64,000 nt of DNA from Minisyncoccota bacterium (GCA_020628915.1 JAHDEI010000001.1:19985-83984), one strand, 5' to 3'. Positions 17,694 through 27,945 are shown, counted from the first letter of the stretch. The notes: a model not told the origin generated them from the sequence alone. Numbers and translations are program-made.

Positions 17694-18104
17694 TTAAAAC
17701 AAGATTTTAGCGAGAGTGAATGCACAGATCCATGATCCTGTTGATATTGCTCCACTGAGAAATAACTTAATCTTTTCTTTCTTTGAAAGTTCCGAAAAAG
17801 AGTTCTCGAAAGCAAGAGACATGTGCTTTCCAATTAAAAACGCGTTGATCAAGAGGATGAGCACAAAAAACATCTTGCCTTGGAATAATGTCTGCATTGC
17901 AAGTGGCTTTAAATACGGCAGAGCCATATATACGCCAGTAACAATCATTCCAAGTAACCCCATCCAAACAAGTCTGTGTAGCCATGTAAATAGATTTCGG
18001 GGCAGCCTCTCTTTCTTTCCTAAGACCCACAAAAGACCGTTAATGTCGGTGAAAATAATGACGAGTACTGTTAATGATAAGATTGTGAGATGTACTGTTA
18101 ACAT
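17694..18104 (-). CDS. Hypothetical 4-TM membrane protein
   Basis: Hydrophobic segments; TGTTACAAT 6 nt before ATG. Confidence 0.75.
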   Translation of the reverse strand: MLTVHLTILSLTVLVIIFTDINGLLWVLGKKERLPRNLFTWLHRLVWMGLLGMIVTGVYMALPYLKPLAMQTLFQGKMFFVLILLINAFLIGKHMSLAFENSFSELSKKEKIKLFLSGAISTGSWICAFTLAKILF

Positions 18105-18151
18105 GATTTTATTGTAACAAAAGAGCGACGGCGTAGCCGTCGCTCTTTTGC

Positions 18152-19303
18152 TTAGTTCACAAATTGAATGTAGTCGTCATAACCACGCTCCTCCATCTCT
18201 TCTAAAGGAATGAAGGTCAGTGCCGCCCCGTTCATACACCACCGTTGTCCGGTAGATGGCGTACCGTCCTCATTAAATTGAGGTCCGTCATTAAAGACAT
18301 GCCCAATATGATTGTCACCATATTTTGACCGAACTTCAGTTCGCGGAATAATCAACTTTCGATCAGTTTTGGTCACGATATTATCCATTGAGATGGGTTT
18401 AGTAAATGATGGCCACCCAGTTCCTGAATCAAATTTATCTTTAGATGAATAGAGTGGTTCTCCCGACAAAATATCTACATAGATACCTGGATCATAATTT
18501 TTATCAAGGTTCCCCGGTGTCCTTGGTGCTTCAGTCCCCTCTTTTTGGGTTACTTTATACTCCAATGGTGTCAAAGTCTTTTTTAATTCTTCGTCTGATG
18601 GCTTGAGATAGCCAACCCACGGATTGTTTTCGATTCCGTCTGGAATGACCTCAAAATCATCTCGGTCTCCCCACACAGAATCGATGTATTTGTCTCGCCC
18701 TGAACCAAATCGATACCCTTTGTACCGAACTGGATTTTTTTTATAGTAATCTTGGTGATATTCTTCTGCTGGCCAAAATACTGCCCCCCGCTCTACAGCG
18801 GTTACAATTTCTTTGTCACCATATACGTTATCGTCCGTTAATTGTTTGATAACACGCCAGGCAGTTTGTTCTTCTTGATCATTTGATGGATAGATCGCTG
18901 AGGTGTATGAATGTCCTCTATCAAAGAATGAACCACCTGCATCCGTAGGATCATGGTGCCGGAAGAAGTACTCTACTAAGTCTTGGTATGAGATAACTGA
19001 AGCATCATATTGAACCTCAACTGCCTCACGGTGGTCTGCATGATTTTGATAACTTGGATTATCTGTATCTCCTCCCATGTAACCAGAAGTTACTGCTTTG
19101 ATACCTGCAAACTTTTCAAAATCTGCCTCAACACACCAGAAACACCCTCCCGCAAAGTACGCTGTCTGAAGTCCTGCCCCTATAGTTCTCTCAACTGCTT
19201 TTGAAGTTGCTCTCATATACGTGTTATATAACACCCACGCAACAAATAATCCGATGATTACAAGTAGTATGAGAATTGGTTTATTTGTCAGTAGATTTTT
19301 CAT
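18152..19303 (-). CDS. msrAB: Membrane-anchored bifunctional methionine sulfoxide reductase MsrA/MsrB
   Basis: [17 protein letters not shown] (MsrA); [24 protein letters not shown] (MsrB); N-terminal TM. Confidence 0.95.
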   Translation of the reverse strand: MKNLLTNKPILILLVIIGLFVAWVLYNTYMRATSKAVERTIGAGLQTAYFAGGCFWCVEADFEKFAGIKAVTSGYMGGDTDNPSYQNHADHREAVEVQYDASVISYQDLVEYFFRHHDPTDAGGSFFDRGHSYTSAIYPSNDQEEQTAWRVIKQLTDDNVYGDKEIVTAVERGAVFWPAEEYHQDYYKKNPVRYKGYRFGSGRDKYIDSVWGDRDDFEVIPDGIENNPWVGYLKPSDEELKKTLTPLEYKVTQKEGTEAPRTPGNLDKNYDPGIYVDILSGEPLYSSKDKFDSGTGWPSFTKPISMDNIVTKTDRKLIIPRTEVRSKYGDNHIGHVFNDGPQFNEDGTPSTGQRWCMNGAALTFIPLEEMEERGYDDYIQFVN

Positions 19304-19312
19304 AGAATATTT

Positions 19313-19753
19313 TTACTCTTCTAGTAATACCTTCACCACCTCATCTATTTCCTGATACTTTCCTTCTCCAAAGTGTGTGAACCTCACATCACCTTGTTTA
19401 TCAATAATGTAGACAGCTGGCCAGTAGCGATTTTTATAGTTGTACCAAGTTTCAAATTCATTATCTTGTACAACTGGATAGGTTAATCCGTACGACGCTA
19501 CTTCACGTTTTACATTCTCTAGATGGTGTTCAAATGAAAACTCTGGGGCGTGAATCCCTATGAGAACAAAATCGTCATCTTGGTACTTTTCCCATAGCGA
19601 CTGATTATGCCCTAGTGTACGAATACAGTTAATGCATGAATAGGTCCAGAAATCGATCAGGACGACCTTGCCTTTCAAGTCTTCGATTGACTCAATTGGA
19701 TCTGAATTGATCCAATTTTTAAGTCCTTTGAACTCTGGTGCTTTCTTTTTCAT
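19313..19753 (-). CDS. TlpA/DipZ-type thioredoxin-like domain (in frame with upstream ccdA)
   Basis: LKGKVVLIDFWTYSCINC, HAPEF, NRYWPA. Confidence 0.9.
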   Translation of the reverse strand: MKKKAPEFKGLKNWINSDPIESIEDLKGKVVLIDFWTYSCINCIRTLGHNQSLWEKYQDDDFVLIGIHAPEFSFEHHLENVKREVASYGLTYPVVQDNEFETWYNYKNRYWPAVYIIDKQGDVRFTHFGEGKYQEIDEVVKVLLEE

Positions 19754-19828
19754 AGTAAGTAGCGGATGTTCAATGAATCTTGTTGCTGGTTCGGGTTCTG
19801 GATCTTCCGGAAGCGTTAGCTCTTCCCT

Positions 19829-20581
19829 TCACAGAGATGACTCTTCAATCTTTTCGTCTAAGAGGCGTTGTTCAAAATTTGAGATATTAAAGTTACTGTC
19901 CAATATTTTCGCTTCAATCTTTTTATCAAGACCAGTCAAGATCGCAATAGCTACAAGCAAAAACAGGACACCTAAACCTTTTTTGAATTTACCTTGTGGA
20001 TCTGACGCAATATTGAGTTTCCCAAGCAATTTTTGCCCAGCAAACGCTACGACAAACATAACAAGCGCCAAGCCAACTGCATACGTAATGAGGTTAAGTA
20101 GTCCCACAAAGAAACTTTGCGGCAATACTGTTCCGAGGATCAGGAAGTACGTTGGCGAGCATGATGCGAATACTGGACCGAGGGCTGCCCCCATTAATAT
20201 CATTGGTAAGTATCCATCTTTTTTACTTTGGTTGAATAAAGCTTTTTCGCTAGCATGTTTAAGGGAAAACTTCTTGGGTGTAATCTTTTGCATCATTTTT
20301 GCCCACGTTACAGGGAACAATAATGAGATTGCAAAGAGCAAAATAATCCCACCGGAGAAGTATGTCCAGAACGCCTGCGGAATATCAATCAGTAATGTTG
20401 ATGCTTTTAGTAAAAGCGTAAACAATACTATTGATACAGCAAGCGACAGGGTGATAACAACAGGTCTCATGACGCGATTATCTGCCACCGACCCTCCAAT
20501 AATGACAGGGAGGAGCGGCAAGATACACGGCGCCAAAACTGTCAGAACACCTGCGATAAATGATAATAAGAGAAATTCCAT
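19829..20581 (-). CDS. ccdA: CcdA/DsbD-beta family membrane protein (N-terminal part of DipZ)
   Basis: LAPCILPLLP and GPVFASCSP conserved Cys motifs. Confidence 0.88.
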   Translation of the reverse strand: MEFLLLSFIAGVLTVLAPCILPLLPVIIGGSVADNRVMRPVVITLSLAVSIVLFTLLLKASTLLIDIPQAFWTYFSGGIILLFAISLLFPVTWAKMMQKITPKKFSLKHASEKALFNQSKKDGYLPMILMGAALGPVFASCSPTYFLILGTVLPQSFFVGLLNLITYAVGLALVMFVVAFAGQKLLGKLNIASDPQGKFKKGLGVLFLLVAIAILTGLDKKIEAKILDSNFNISNFEQRLLDEKIEESSL

Positions 20582-20589
20582 ACTATCTT

Positions 20590-21252
20590 TTAGTTAACTC
20601 GAGAAACAACTGATTCAAGAGTATTTCCCCCTCCCCATTTTTGAACAAGGTTCCCATTGTTGTCTACCTGCACAAATGTGTGCTGATATGTTACTCCATA
20701 TTTCTTTTTTAGATCAGATTCCGTATCGTAATTTGCTTTTAGAATCGTTAAGTCAGATGGGATGTCTCCCAGCGAAGCTTCGATGTCTCGTTCCAATACT
20801 CGACATGTCGGACACCAGTCCGCCAAGAATGCTACAACCACATCACCGTCAGCTGATGCTACCTTTCCTGCTGAATATGAAGAAAACGTTCCTGGCGCTT
20901 GAGAAACTGGTGCTGGTGCTGGCTCTTCTTTCTTTTCCATTACTGTTTCTTCTTTTACCATAACCTCTTCTTCCTTCTTCATCATCACGTCTTCCTCTTT
21001 TTTCATCATTGCTGCCTCTTCTTCTTTTGACATCAGTAACTCATCTTGTGAATGTTTTTCCATTTTCGCATCCTCATCTTTTTTCATCATCACGTCCTCC
21101 TCTACTCGATCAGCCGCATCTTTTACCATGACCTCTGCTGTGTTTTGCGCACTTAATTGGTCACTCTGGTTTGAATTGTAATACCAGTAACCTCCACCGA
21201 TCACCAGTAGTGCAATAATTAGTCCTATAATGTTATTCATATTATTTTGCAT
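20590..21252 (-). CDS. Membrane-anchored thioredoxin with Met/Lys/Glu-rich repeats
   Basis: ADWCPTC; MMKKEE repeats. Confidence 0.85.
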   Translation of the reverse strand: MQNNMNNIIGLIIALLVIGGGYWYYNSNQSDQLSAQNTAEVMVKDAADRVEEDVMMKKDEDAKMEKHSQDELLMSKEEEAAMMKKEEDVMMKKEEEVMVKEETVMEKKEEPAPAPVSQAPGTFSSYSAGKVASADGDVVVAFLADWCPTCRVLERDIEASLGDIPSDLTILKANYDTESDLKKKYGVTYQHTFVQVDNNGNLVQKWGGGNTLESVVSRVN

Positions 21253-21314
21253 TAACTAAAAATACCTCCTGATCTTAGCAGGGGGTATTTAGAATGTCAA
21301 GTATCCTTTACATT

Positions 21315-21914
21315 TTAAATTTGTGTTTTTTGTGCGGTTACGTATAGCCACTTGTGTGCTTTCTCGAAAAAGCCACTTTCAAGCACCTTAAAACCTGATC
21401 TCTTAACAATATCATTCATTTCATTCTCGGACCAATAATTAAAATAACGAGGCGCATTCATTTTATGTGTAGAAACCTCTTCCCCCTCTCCCGATTTAAA
21501 CGTGAAAATAAATACTCCATCTTTCATCAAGGTCTCTCTAACGCCCGAGAGTGCTTGTAAAAAATTATCATCAGTAAGGTGTAAAACTACTGCTTCGGCG
21601 ATCACTAGATCGTACTGCTTTTCCACTTGTATATCTAATATATCGACAAGCTGTGCGTCCTTTCCTAAGGACTTTTGATAATCAACAAATGCATGTGCCG
21701 CGTCGCTGCGATCTACACTGTAGCCCAACGATTCAATATAGTCTGCGGTGCGACCCGTTGCGGTTCCAATTTCTAATATGTTTGAATCAGAGTCGAACCT
21801 TTTTAGCTGATTCTCCCAAAACAATCCAAACTCGTTCCCCATTTCTGACGGAGTTAATTCTACATATGCATCCAATCCATTTTCATACGTTTGGAGTGTT
21901 TCCTTATTGTTCAT
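21315..21914 (-). CDS. Class I SAM-dependent methyltransferase
   Basis: ILEIGTATGR; TAATG overlap with upstream gene. Confidence 0.85.
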   Translation of the reverse strand: MNNKETLQTYENGLDAYVELTPSEMGNEFGLFWENQLKRFDSDSNILEIGTATGRTADYIESLGYSVDRSDAAHAFVDYQKSLGKDAQLVDILDIQVEKQYDLVIAEAVVLHLTDDNFLQALSGVRETLMKDGVFIFTFKSGEGEEVSTHKMNAPRYFNYWSENEMNDIVKRSGFKVLESGFFEKAHKWLYVTAQKTQI

Positions 21915-22270
21915 TAGTTTTTCTTGTCTAAGTAGATTCGAACTACCAGTCTCGCCACCAGCATCCCCACTAGTGCAGCAAACAACCATGGATCAACGTC
22001 GTGCATAACAAATGTTTGTTTTGCAATTGCAACTAAAAGCAATACTCCGCCAACAACAAAACCTGATTCGGCTGCAACCATGCGGTGTTTTTCTTCGCGT
22101 TCGTCTCTGTCTGTACTCTTCAGTAGTGACCCAACAAAAACAGCAAACATGGCCACCACAGCCAAATACCCAATAGCGTACGCCATAGGCGGCATCGAGA
22201 CATAAAATAGTCCGATGAAAATCAAGAGGAGCAGTAACGCTATAAGTTCTTTGATGATTGTAGGATGCAT
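21914..22270 (-). CDS. Small membrane protein (DUF2178-like, DEREE motif)
   Basis: 4 TM; DRDEREEKH; downstream of an XRE regulator. Confidence 0.7.
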   Translation of the reverse strand: MHPTIIKELIALLLLLIFIGLFYVSMPPMAYAIGYLAVVAMFAVFVGSLLKSTDRDEREEKHRMVAAESGFVVGGVLLLVAIAKQTFVMHDVDPWLFAALVGMLVARLVVRIYLDKKN

Positions 22271-22292
22271 GTTATTTCTTATTATTTTTCAA

Positions 22293-22502
22293 TTATTTTT
22301 TGATGCCAAAAATATCTTCAACTGGCTGTCCCATATACTTTGCCAATTTCAGTGCCAAAAGAACAGATGGTGTGTAATTTCCTCCTTCAATTGCAATGAT
22401 TGTTTGCCTCGTTACCCCGACTGCCTCAGCCAAATCTTGTTGGGTAATTCCTTTGTCTTTTCGCACTGCCCGTACGCAACTCACTATCTCTTCTTTTTTC
22501 AT
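22293..22502 (-). CDS. XRE family HTH transcriptional regulator
   Basis: ITQQDLAEAVGVTRQTIIAIEGGNYTPS. Confidence 0.92.
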   Translation of the reverse strand: MKKEEIVSCVRAVRKDKGITQQDLAEAVGVTRQTIIAIEGGNYTPSVLLALKLAKYMGQPVEDIFGIKK

Positions 22503-22557
22503 GTAAAGTCTAGTATACAACAAAGAACTCTTTCGGTAAATAAAAAGCCTGATCAGG

Positions 22558-23106
22558 TCAGGCTTTCGATAATTTCTTCATTAAGGAATTGAGGGCTCTG
22601 GTTCTATGTGAATTCTCAGACTTTTTCTCAAGACCCATCTCTGAATATGTCAGATCAGACCATTCAGGAATAAACGTGTGATCAAAGCCGAAACCTTCTC
22701 CTTCTCGGACTTCCCATGTTAGATTCCCTTTGGTCTCAGATTCCGCAGTAATAAATTCTGATCCATCGTAGTAAACCACAACAACCTTAATATGTGCCAA
22801 TCTGTTGCTGCGTCCGCCAAGTAATTCAATAGTTCCCGCCTCACCCATTGTTTGCTCAACAAACTTGATAAAGGGGCCCGGGAAACCGCCAATGGCATCG
22901 ATATAGAACCCCACATCTTCGACAATGACCGGCTTGCCCACTTGGCAATAGGCAGATTGTGCTTTTTTCCGAGCAATCTCATAGATATCAAAAGACTGAA
23001 TCTCATCAATATCCAGGTCAACCTGTACTAAATCATACTCTGCGAGTATATATTGTACTTCCCTGAATTTATCTCTATTCCCTGTTACATAATGTACTGT
23101 TTTCAT
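22558..23106 (-). CDS. Non-canonical purine NTP pyrophosphatase (Ham1/RdgB family)
   Basis: VTGNRDK, VEDVG, GFPGPFIK, GFGFD, SHR. Confidence 0.92.
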   Translation of the reverse strand: MKTVHYVTGNRDKFREVQYILAEYDLVQVDLDIDEIQSFDIYEIARKKAQSAYCQVGKPVIVEDVGFYIDAIGGFPGPFIKFVEQTMGEAGTIELLGGRSNRLAHIKVVVVYYDGSEFITAESETKGNLTWEVREGEGFGFDHTFIPEWSDLTYSEMGLEKKSENSHRTRALNSLMKKLSKA

Positions 23107-23143
23107 AACCTCTCCATTATTTCTACTGCAACTATACCACAGC

Positions 23144-23500
23144 CTATTTTTTCTTTGATTGTTTGGATATATTCCAGGCCTGGTACACCCACCCTGTTAT
23201 CTTTTCTCTATCTTCTAAGATCTCATCTGGCACGTGATAATACGGCATTGCTGTTGGCCCTCTTGTTTTATGTCCAATGTATACGAATTGTTTGCCGCCC
23301 TCTGCGATGATTTCTTGACCAAACTTCTCATCACCTTTCAAGAAAAATCCTGCCGTTCCTTGATCATCATCCATGTATGCACCAAAAATAATTTCATCTA
23401 GATAGAAACCATAACCTCCAAATAATCCTTTGTGGCTTACTCCTTCAATACCTGCCAAAACGTCTCCGATAATATAGTCTCTGAATTCTTGTTTCTCCAT
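23144..23500 (-). CDS. TfoX/Sxy N-terminal domain protein
   Basis: LFGGYGFY, FFLKGD, MPYYHVPDEILED. Confidence 0.88.
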   Translation of the reverse strand: MEKQEFRDYIIGDVLAGIEGVSHKGLFGGYGFYLDEIIFGAYMDDDQGTAGFFLKGDEKFGQEIIAEGGKQFVYIGHKTRGPTAMPYYHVPDEILEDREKITGWVYQAWNISKQSKKK

Positions 23501-23502
23501 AT

Positions 23503-24837
23503 TTAAATGAGTGATGGTGGATTCTCCAGACACTGTGTGAGCTCATCCGTTAGTGTCCACCCACACTCACCAGTCGACTGCGGCTCGCAACTTGCGGTTG
23601 CGTAACACGCATATGAATCACGAAATTCACAGGTACTGATCCCCCCACCCGCGTCAGCTTCTTCTTTTGAGATACACAGTTGTGAGCTACACCCAGCAAC
23701 CACACATGTATTCTCAACTGCTTGGCTCTTTGATAGTACCTCTACTAATTCGTACGAATAGAGACTGGCATCAGCTGGAATTTCATTTGGGTCATCTGTT
23801 CCAAATGCTAATGTTCGCTTGATTTTTAATCTGTATGTAAAACCTTCTTCGTGAGTAAACCCATTAATTCCATCATAAAATAACTGTCCATCAACCATCA
23901 GACATGCTTGAGGACCAACACCTTCACAAGGGACTTCCTCTGGGCCCACGTTTACGGTCAGCTCTATTCCATCTCCAGGGATTGGATTTTCATCTATCTC
24001 CTCAACAAACGTTTGCCCTTCATAAAAACACTGGCGCGGATATGACTCAGCAATCAAGCCCGTCTCTGCAACACATTCATCAAAATTATTTACCTTTGAC
24101 TGCGCTGGTATTGGTTCAGGAGTTGGAAGAGCAGGAGTCGTTGATGTTGATTGCAGAATTGATTCAGATAAAAAATCAAATGGAATTTCAATATCAACTG
24201 CACCCTCTACTCCGGGAGCTACTGCATATTCTGGAAAAGCAAACCCGATTGCATTATTTGTGACATATACATTTTCCAAATTTCCACTCTCTGGTGTAAT
24301 CCCCTCTTTAAACCAAGACTCCCCATACTTTTCTCCCAAAAGCCTCGATAGTTCTGTGGTCAAAACATCCACGCGCTCTTCGTCATTAAAAAAGTCAACA
24401 AAGTTCACTTCTGTGTTTGTGAGTTTGTCAAAGACAAATGTCTTGCGTAATTCATTGCCGTTAACACCTCCTGTAAAAGAATACTGACCTAAAACGTAAC
24501 TTTCGTATTCTGGGTTATCAAATTTTTTATAGTCAATTCGTAGAACATATGGTTCACCATCTGTTTCGAGATGTTCGAGTTTCGCAAATGTGTCTATCTC
24601 GTCTTGAATGTAATCAACCACGACTGATGGGGCTCCCGCAGGAAAAACCACAGAAATATCATGTGTCGGAGTTACACTTTCGTAAATGACGTCTTTGGAT
24701 TGAGGGCTGTTATCGATAATGGTTGGGGATCGGTCGCTGTCATTGAAAGGATTTTTCTGATTACTCTTTTGCAAGAGAAAACCAGCAACCAATAAAACAA
24801 GAAATAGTGCCAATAAAACGAGATAGATCTTTTTCAT
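23503..24837 (-). CDS. Secreted multidomain protein (RsiV/DUF3298-like + DUF4377-like + C-terminal Cys cluster)
   Basis: FPEYAVAPGVEG; PCEGVGPQACL...INGFTHEEGFTYRLKI; CVVAGCSSQLC...GECGW. Confidence 0.75.
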   Translation of the reverse strand: MKKIYLVLLALFLVLLVAGFLLQKSNQKNPFNDSDRSPTIIDNSPQSKDVIYESVTPTHDISVVFPAGAPSVVVDYIQDEIDTFAKLEHLETDGEPYVLRIDYKKFDNPEYESYVLGQYSFTGGVNGNELRKTFVFDKLTNTEVNFVDFFNDEERVDVLTTELSRLLGEKYGESWFKEGITPESGNLENVYVTNNAIGFAFPEYAVAPGVEGAVDIEIPFDFLSESILQSTSTTPALPTPEPIPAQSKVNNFDECVAETGLIAESYPRQCFYEGQTFVEEIDENPIPGDGIELTVNVGPEEVPCEGVGPQACLMVDGQLFYDGINGFTHEEGFTYRLKIKRTLAFGTDDPNEIPADASLYSYELVEVLSKSQAVENTCVVAGCSSQLCISKEEADAGGGISTCEFRDSYACYATASCEPQSTGECGWTLTDELTQCLENPPSLI

Positions 24838-24862
24838 AATAACCTTATGGTATCATACCTCC

Positions 24863-25771
24863 ATGATTAAGATTTCTGGACTCAATAAGACGTACGACAA
24901 TGGCTTTGAGGCACTAAAAAATGTCGACCTCGAAATTAAAGAAGGAGAAATTTTTGCCTTACTTGGGCCAAATGGAGCTGGAAAAACTACCCTTATTAGT
25001 ACTATTTGTGGTCTCGTTGAGCCAACAAGTGGAACAATAACTATTGGCGGCTACGACCACAAGAGAGACTACCGAAAGGCACGAGAGTTAATTGGTCTTG
25101 TTCCCCAGGAAATTATGCTTGATATTTTTGAAACAGTCTGGAGCACCATGCAATATGCACGAGGTTTTTTCGGGAAAAAAGACGACCCAGCATTATACGA
25201 ACAAATTCTTAAGGATCTTTCTTTGTGGGATAAAAAGGACAACAAAATTCAAGCATTGTCAGGTGGGATGAAAAGGCGTGTTCTAATTGCCCGAGCCCTC
25301 ACGAACGAGCCAAAAGTTCTATTTCTTGATGAACCAACGGCCGGTGTAGATGTTGAATTGCGCAGGGGTATGCTCGAGGTTGTGAAAAAACTAAAAGAGC
25401 GTGGAACGACTATTATTCTCACTACACACTATATCGAAGAAGCTGAGGAATTAGCAGATCGTGTTGGAATTATCTCTGAGGGAGAAATCAAACTGGTGGA
25501 AGAAAAAGAATCTTTAATGAAACGTATGGGTAGCAAGACATTAAAAATTAATCTTGCAGAAAAAATTGATTCTCTTCCAAGTCAAATTGAACGAGAAGGC
25601 CTCAGCTTATCTGATGACAGAAATAGTCTCGAATATTCATACAAAATTGGTGCAAACTCGGGCATCACCTCCCTACTATCTGACCTCAAATCGGCCAATA
25701 TCTCTTTTGAAGATTTAGATACCGAGCAATCAAGTCTTGAAGAAATTTTTGTAAATCTAGTAAATGAATAA
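24863..25771 (+). CDS. ABC-2 type transporter ATP-binding protein (YadG-like)
   Basis: GPNGAGKTT, LSGGMKRR, LDEPTAGVD. Confidence 0.93.
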   Translation: MIKISGLNKTYDNGFEALKNVDLEIKEGEIFALLGPNGAGKTTLISTICGLVEPTSGTITIGGYDHKRDYRKARELIGLVPQEIMLDIFETVWSTMQYARGFFGKKDDPALYEQILKDLSLWDKKDNKIQALSGGMKRRVLIARALTNEPKVLFLDEPTAGVDVELRRGMLEVVKKLKERGTTIILTTHYIEEAEELADRVGIISEGEIKLVEEKESLMKRMGSKTLKINLAEKIDSLPSQIEREGLSLSDDRNSLEYSYKIGANSGITSLLSDLKSANISFEDLDTEQSSLEEIFVNLVNE

Positions 25772-26534
25772 TATGAATTGGATTGGATTATGGACTGTGT
25801 ACAAAAAAGAAATGCAGCGCACCAAGCGTGTGCTCTTTCAGTCGATTGTTTCTCCTGTTATTACTACAGCCCTTTACTTTATTGTCTTTGGGTCAGCAAT
25901 TGGGTCAGCAATTGCAGTGATTGATGGTGTGAGCTACGCACAATTTATTGTGCCGGGACTTATCATGATGGCACTACTCCAAAACAGTTTTTCTGCGGCA
26001 TCTTCAGGAATTTATTTTCCAAAATGGATTGGAAGTATTTACGAGATGCTGTCAGCACCCCTTTCATACATAGAAATTACCGCAGGATATGTATTGGCTG
26101 CAACTACACGTGCCCTTCTGATCGGAATCATTATATATCTTGTGGCTCTTTTCTTTACCCCCCTTCCTGTTCTCCATCCATTTTGGGCACTTGGTTTTTC
26201 AATCTTAGTTTCGTTTGTCTTTGCCATGTTTGGTTTTGTGGTGGGGCTGTGGGCAAACTCATTCGAACAATTCAACATCATTCCAACCTTTGTTATCGCT
26301 CCGCTTGCGTTCCTGGGGGGAGTATTTTACTCAATCTCAATGCTGCCTCCGTTTTGGCAGACTGTGACGCTATTCAACCCACTGGTGTACATGATTAACG
26401 GATTGCGATGGGCATTCTTTGGAATAACTGACGTGCATCCTCTCTGGTCTGCAATAGTGATTCTTATTTTCATGACAATCCTCATCGGAATTATTGCCTG
26501 GATATTTAAAACCGGATATAAATTACGAAAATAA
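25764..26534 (+). CDS. ABC-2 type transporter permease (YadH-like)
   Basis: YAQFIVPGL, FLGGVFYS, NPLVYMINGLR. Confidence 0.92.
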   Translation: MNNMNWIGLWTVYKKEMQRTKRVLFQSIVSPVITTALYFIVFGSAIGSAIAVIDGVSYAQFIVPGLIMMALLQNSFSAASSGIYFPKWIGSIYEMLSAPLSYIEITAGYVLAATTRALLIGIIIYLVALFFTPLPVLHPFWALGFSILVSFVFAMFGFVVGLWANSFEQFNIIPTFVIAPLAFLGGVFYSISMLPPFWQTVTLFNPLVYMINGLRWAFFGITDVHPLWSAIVILIFMTILIGIIAWIFKTGYKLRK

Positions 26535-26556
26535 AAAAGCGACCTAATCGGTCGCT

Positions 26557-26973
26557 TTATCTTTTCTCGTTCTTTTTTTTGTAAGCGTGCGCAAACAAAA
26601 ACATAAATAAGGCATACAGACTACCTGAACAAATAAATATTCCATATATCCAGTATGGACTTTTATATATTGCAGCAATGCATACTGCGCTACATGTGAT
26701 CCATAAAGTAGTAAAGAAAAAAGATTTGATCAGAGTCAGGTGCATCCACGCTCGTCGATCAGCATCGAGCAAGGCACGTTCGGACCTACTATCCCTCAGG
26801 AGACAATATGATAAATAAATCGAGACCGAATACGCAAGTATCATCGCTCCTACAAATGAAGCAACCGTGAACATTACAGGCTGGGCAAATGCCGCTACTG
26901 CAATGCAGATGCTCCCCATTACACCGATCATATTTAGTGTTGCGAGAAATTTCTCAAAAGAAGTCATTTCCAT
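26557..26973 (-). CDS. Orphan 4-TM membrane protein
   Basis: AAAGGGAGG SD; terminator 26533-26558. Confidence 0.65.
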   Translation of the reverse strand: MEMTSFEKFLATLNMIGVMGSICIAVAAFAQPVMFTVASFVGAMILAYSVSIYLSYCLLRDSRSERALLDADRRAWMHLTLIKSFFFTTLWITCSAVCIAAIYKSPYWIYGIFICSGSLYALFMFLFAHAYKKKNEKR

Positions 26974-27022
26974 TACTGACCCTCCCTTTCTGTGCACAGT
27001 CTACCATACTCCAAGGAACGCA

Positions 27023-27814
27023 TTAACAGAAATAGTCTTCTAAAACGTCTTTCCATATACCCAAAGCAAGATCTTTTTTATTAAATTTTTCGTAAACCAC
27101 TTTCAAAAAAGGATTATGATTCAACTCAACCGCCTGAATTTCAGAAAAATCGTTTGCAACAAACACATCCGCTCCAATAATTGGTGCGTTTACGTACTGG
27201 TAAAGTCTTTTTGCCCACGTCTTTAGTTCTTCTGGAAAATCTGAGTCCATAAAATGATCAATTGTATCGGCCTTCATGTTGAGTCCTGTTTGATACTTGT
27301 ACGCAAAACGAATTTCCCCTTGGTAAATAAAAAGCCTGTACTCGTCCTTTTGTATGTACTCTTGAACCAAAATATTCGGATAAAGACTGGTGTTTCGATG
27401 CAAGTAATCTACTACTTCTCTTTTACCTGAAATCAACTCCACTCCCTTACTAAGAGATTTGTCATTGGGTTTAATGATGCAGGGGTAGCCAAAGTTTTCC
27501 TGGACGTAACTGTCGATCTCGCTTGGATCAATTGGTTTTTCTTCTGCTGAAAAGAATTTTCCTGAAATTGTTGTAAAGCCTCCTTTGTCTAAATAGTGCT
27601 TGGTCATATCTTTGTATTTCATGATTGCAATGTGCCATGCTGACTGCGTTGGATACTGCTGCCACACTGATGCTACAAAAGACTTTTTTGAATGAGGCTT
27701 GCTCACAACAAAAGCGTCAAAGTATTCATTCACTCCTTTAGAGATTTGTTTGCATGTGTACCCGAACTGTTCACATGCATCTTTTAAAATAGTTATGTTG
27801 ATATGCTCTTTCAT
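27023..27814 (-). CDS. ATP-grasp fold protein (RimK/cyanophycin-synthetase-like)
   Basis: YPCIIKP, LVQEYI, EYRLF, GADV, VELNHNP. Confidence 0.8.
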   Translation of the reverse strand: MKEHINITILKDACEQFGYTCKQISKGVNEYFDAFVVSKPHSKKSFVASVWQQYPTQSAWHIAIMKYKDMTKHYLDKGGFTTISGKFFSAEEKPIDPSEIDSYVQENFGYPCIIKPNDKSLSKGVELISGKREVVDYLHRNTSLYPNILVQEYIQKDEYRLFIYQGEIRFAYKYQTGLNMKADTIDHFMDSDFPEELKTWAKRLYQYVNAPIIGADVFVANDFSEIQAVELNHNPFLKVVYEKFNKKDLALGIWKDVLEDYFC

Positions 27815-27858
27815 TGCGTTTTATTATAGTCTACCAGATATGCTATTCTACCCGATAC

Positions 27859-27945
27859 GGAGAAGTGGCTGAGTGGTTGAAGGCGCTACGTTGGAAACGT
27901 AGTGTGCGTTTACGCGCACCGCAGGTTCGAATCCTGTCTTCTCCG
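27859..27945 (+). tRNA. tRNA-Ser(GGA)
   Basis: Cloverleaf with long variable arm; anticodon arm CTACG-TTGGAAA-CGTAG; GGTTCGAATCC; CCA not encoded. Confidence 0.95.

Noticed and set aside
19800-19831. Selenocysteine insertion at the dipZ TGA
   Set aside because: The codon lies in a linker rather than at a catalytic Cys position, and no obvious SECIS hairpin follows
19668-20597. 309-aa plus-strand ORF
   Set aside because: Antisense shadow of ccdA/dipZ; no motifs or expression signals
25890-25914. 12-bp tandem duplication GGGTCAGCAATT in the ABC permease
   Set aside because: In-frame GSAIGSAI, two copies only; no sign of phase variation
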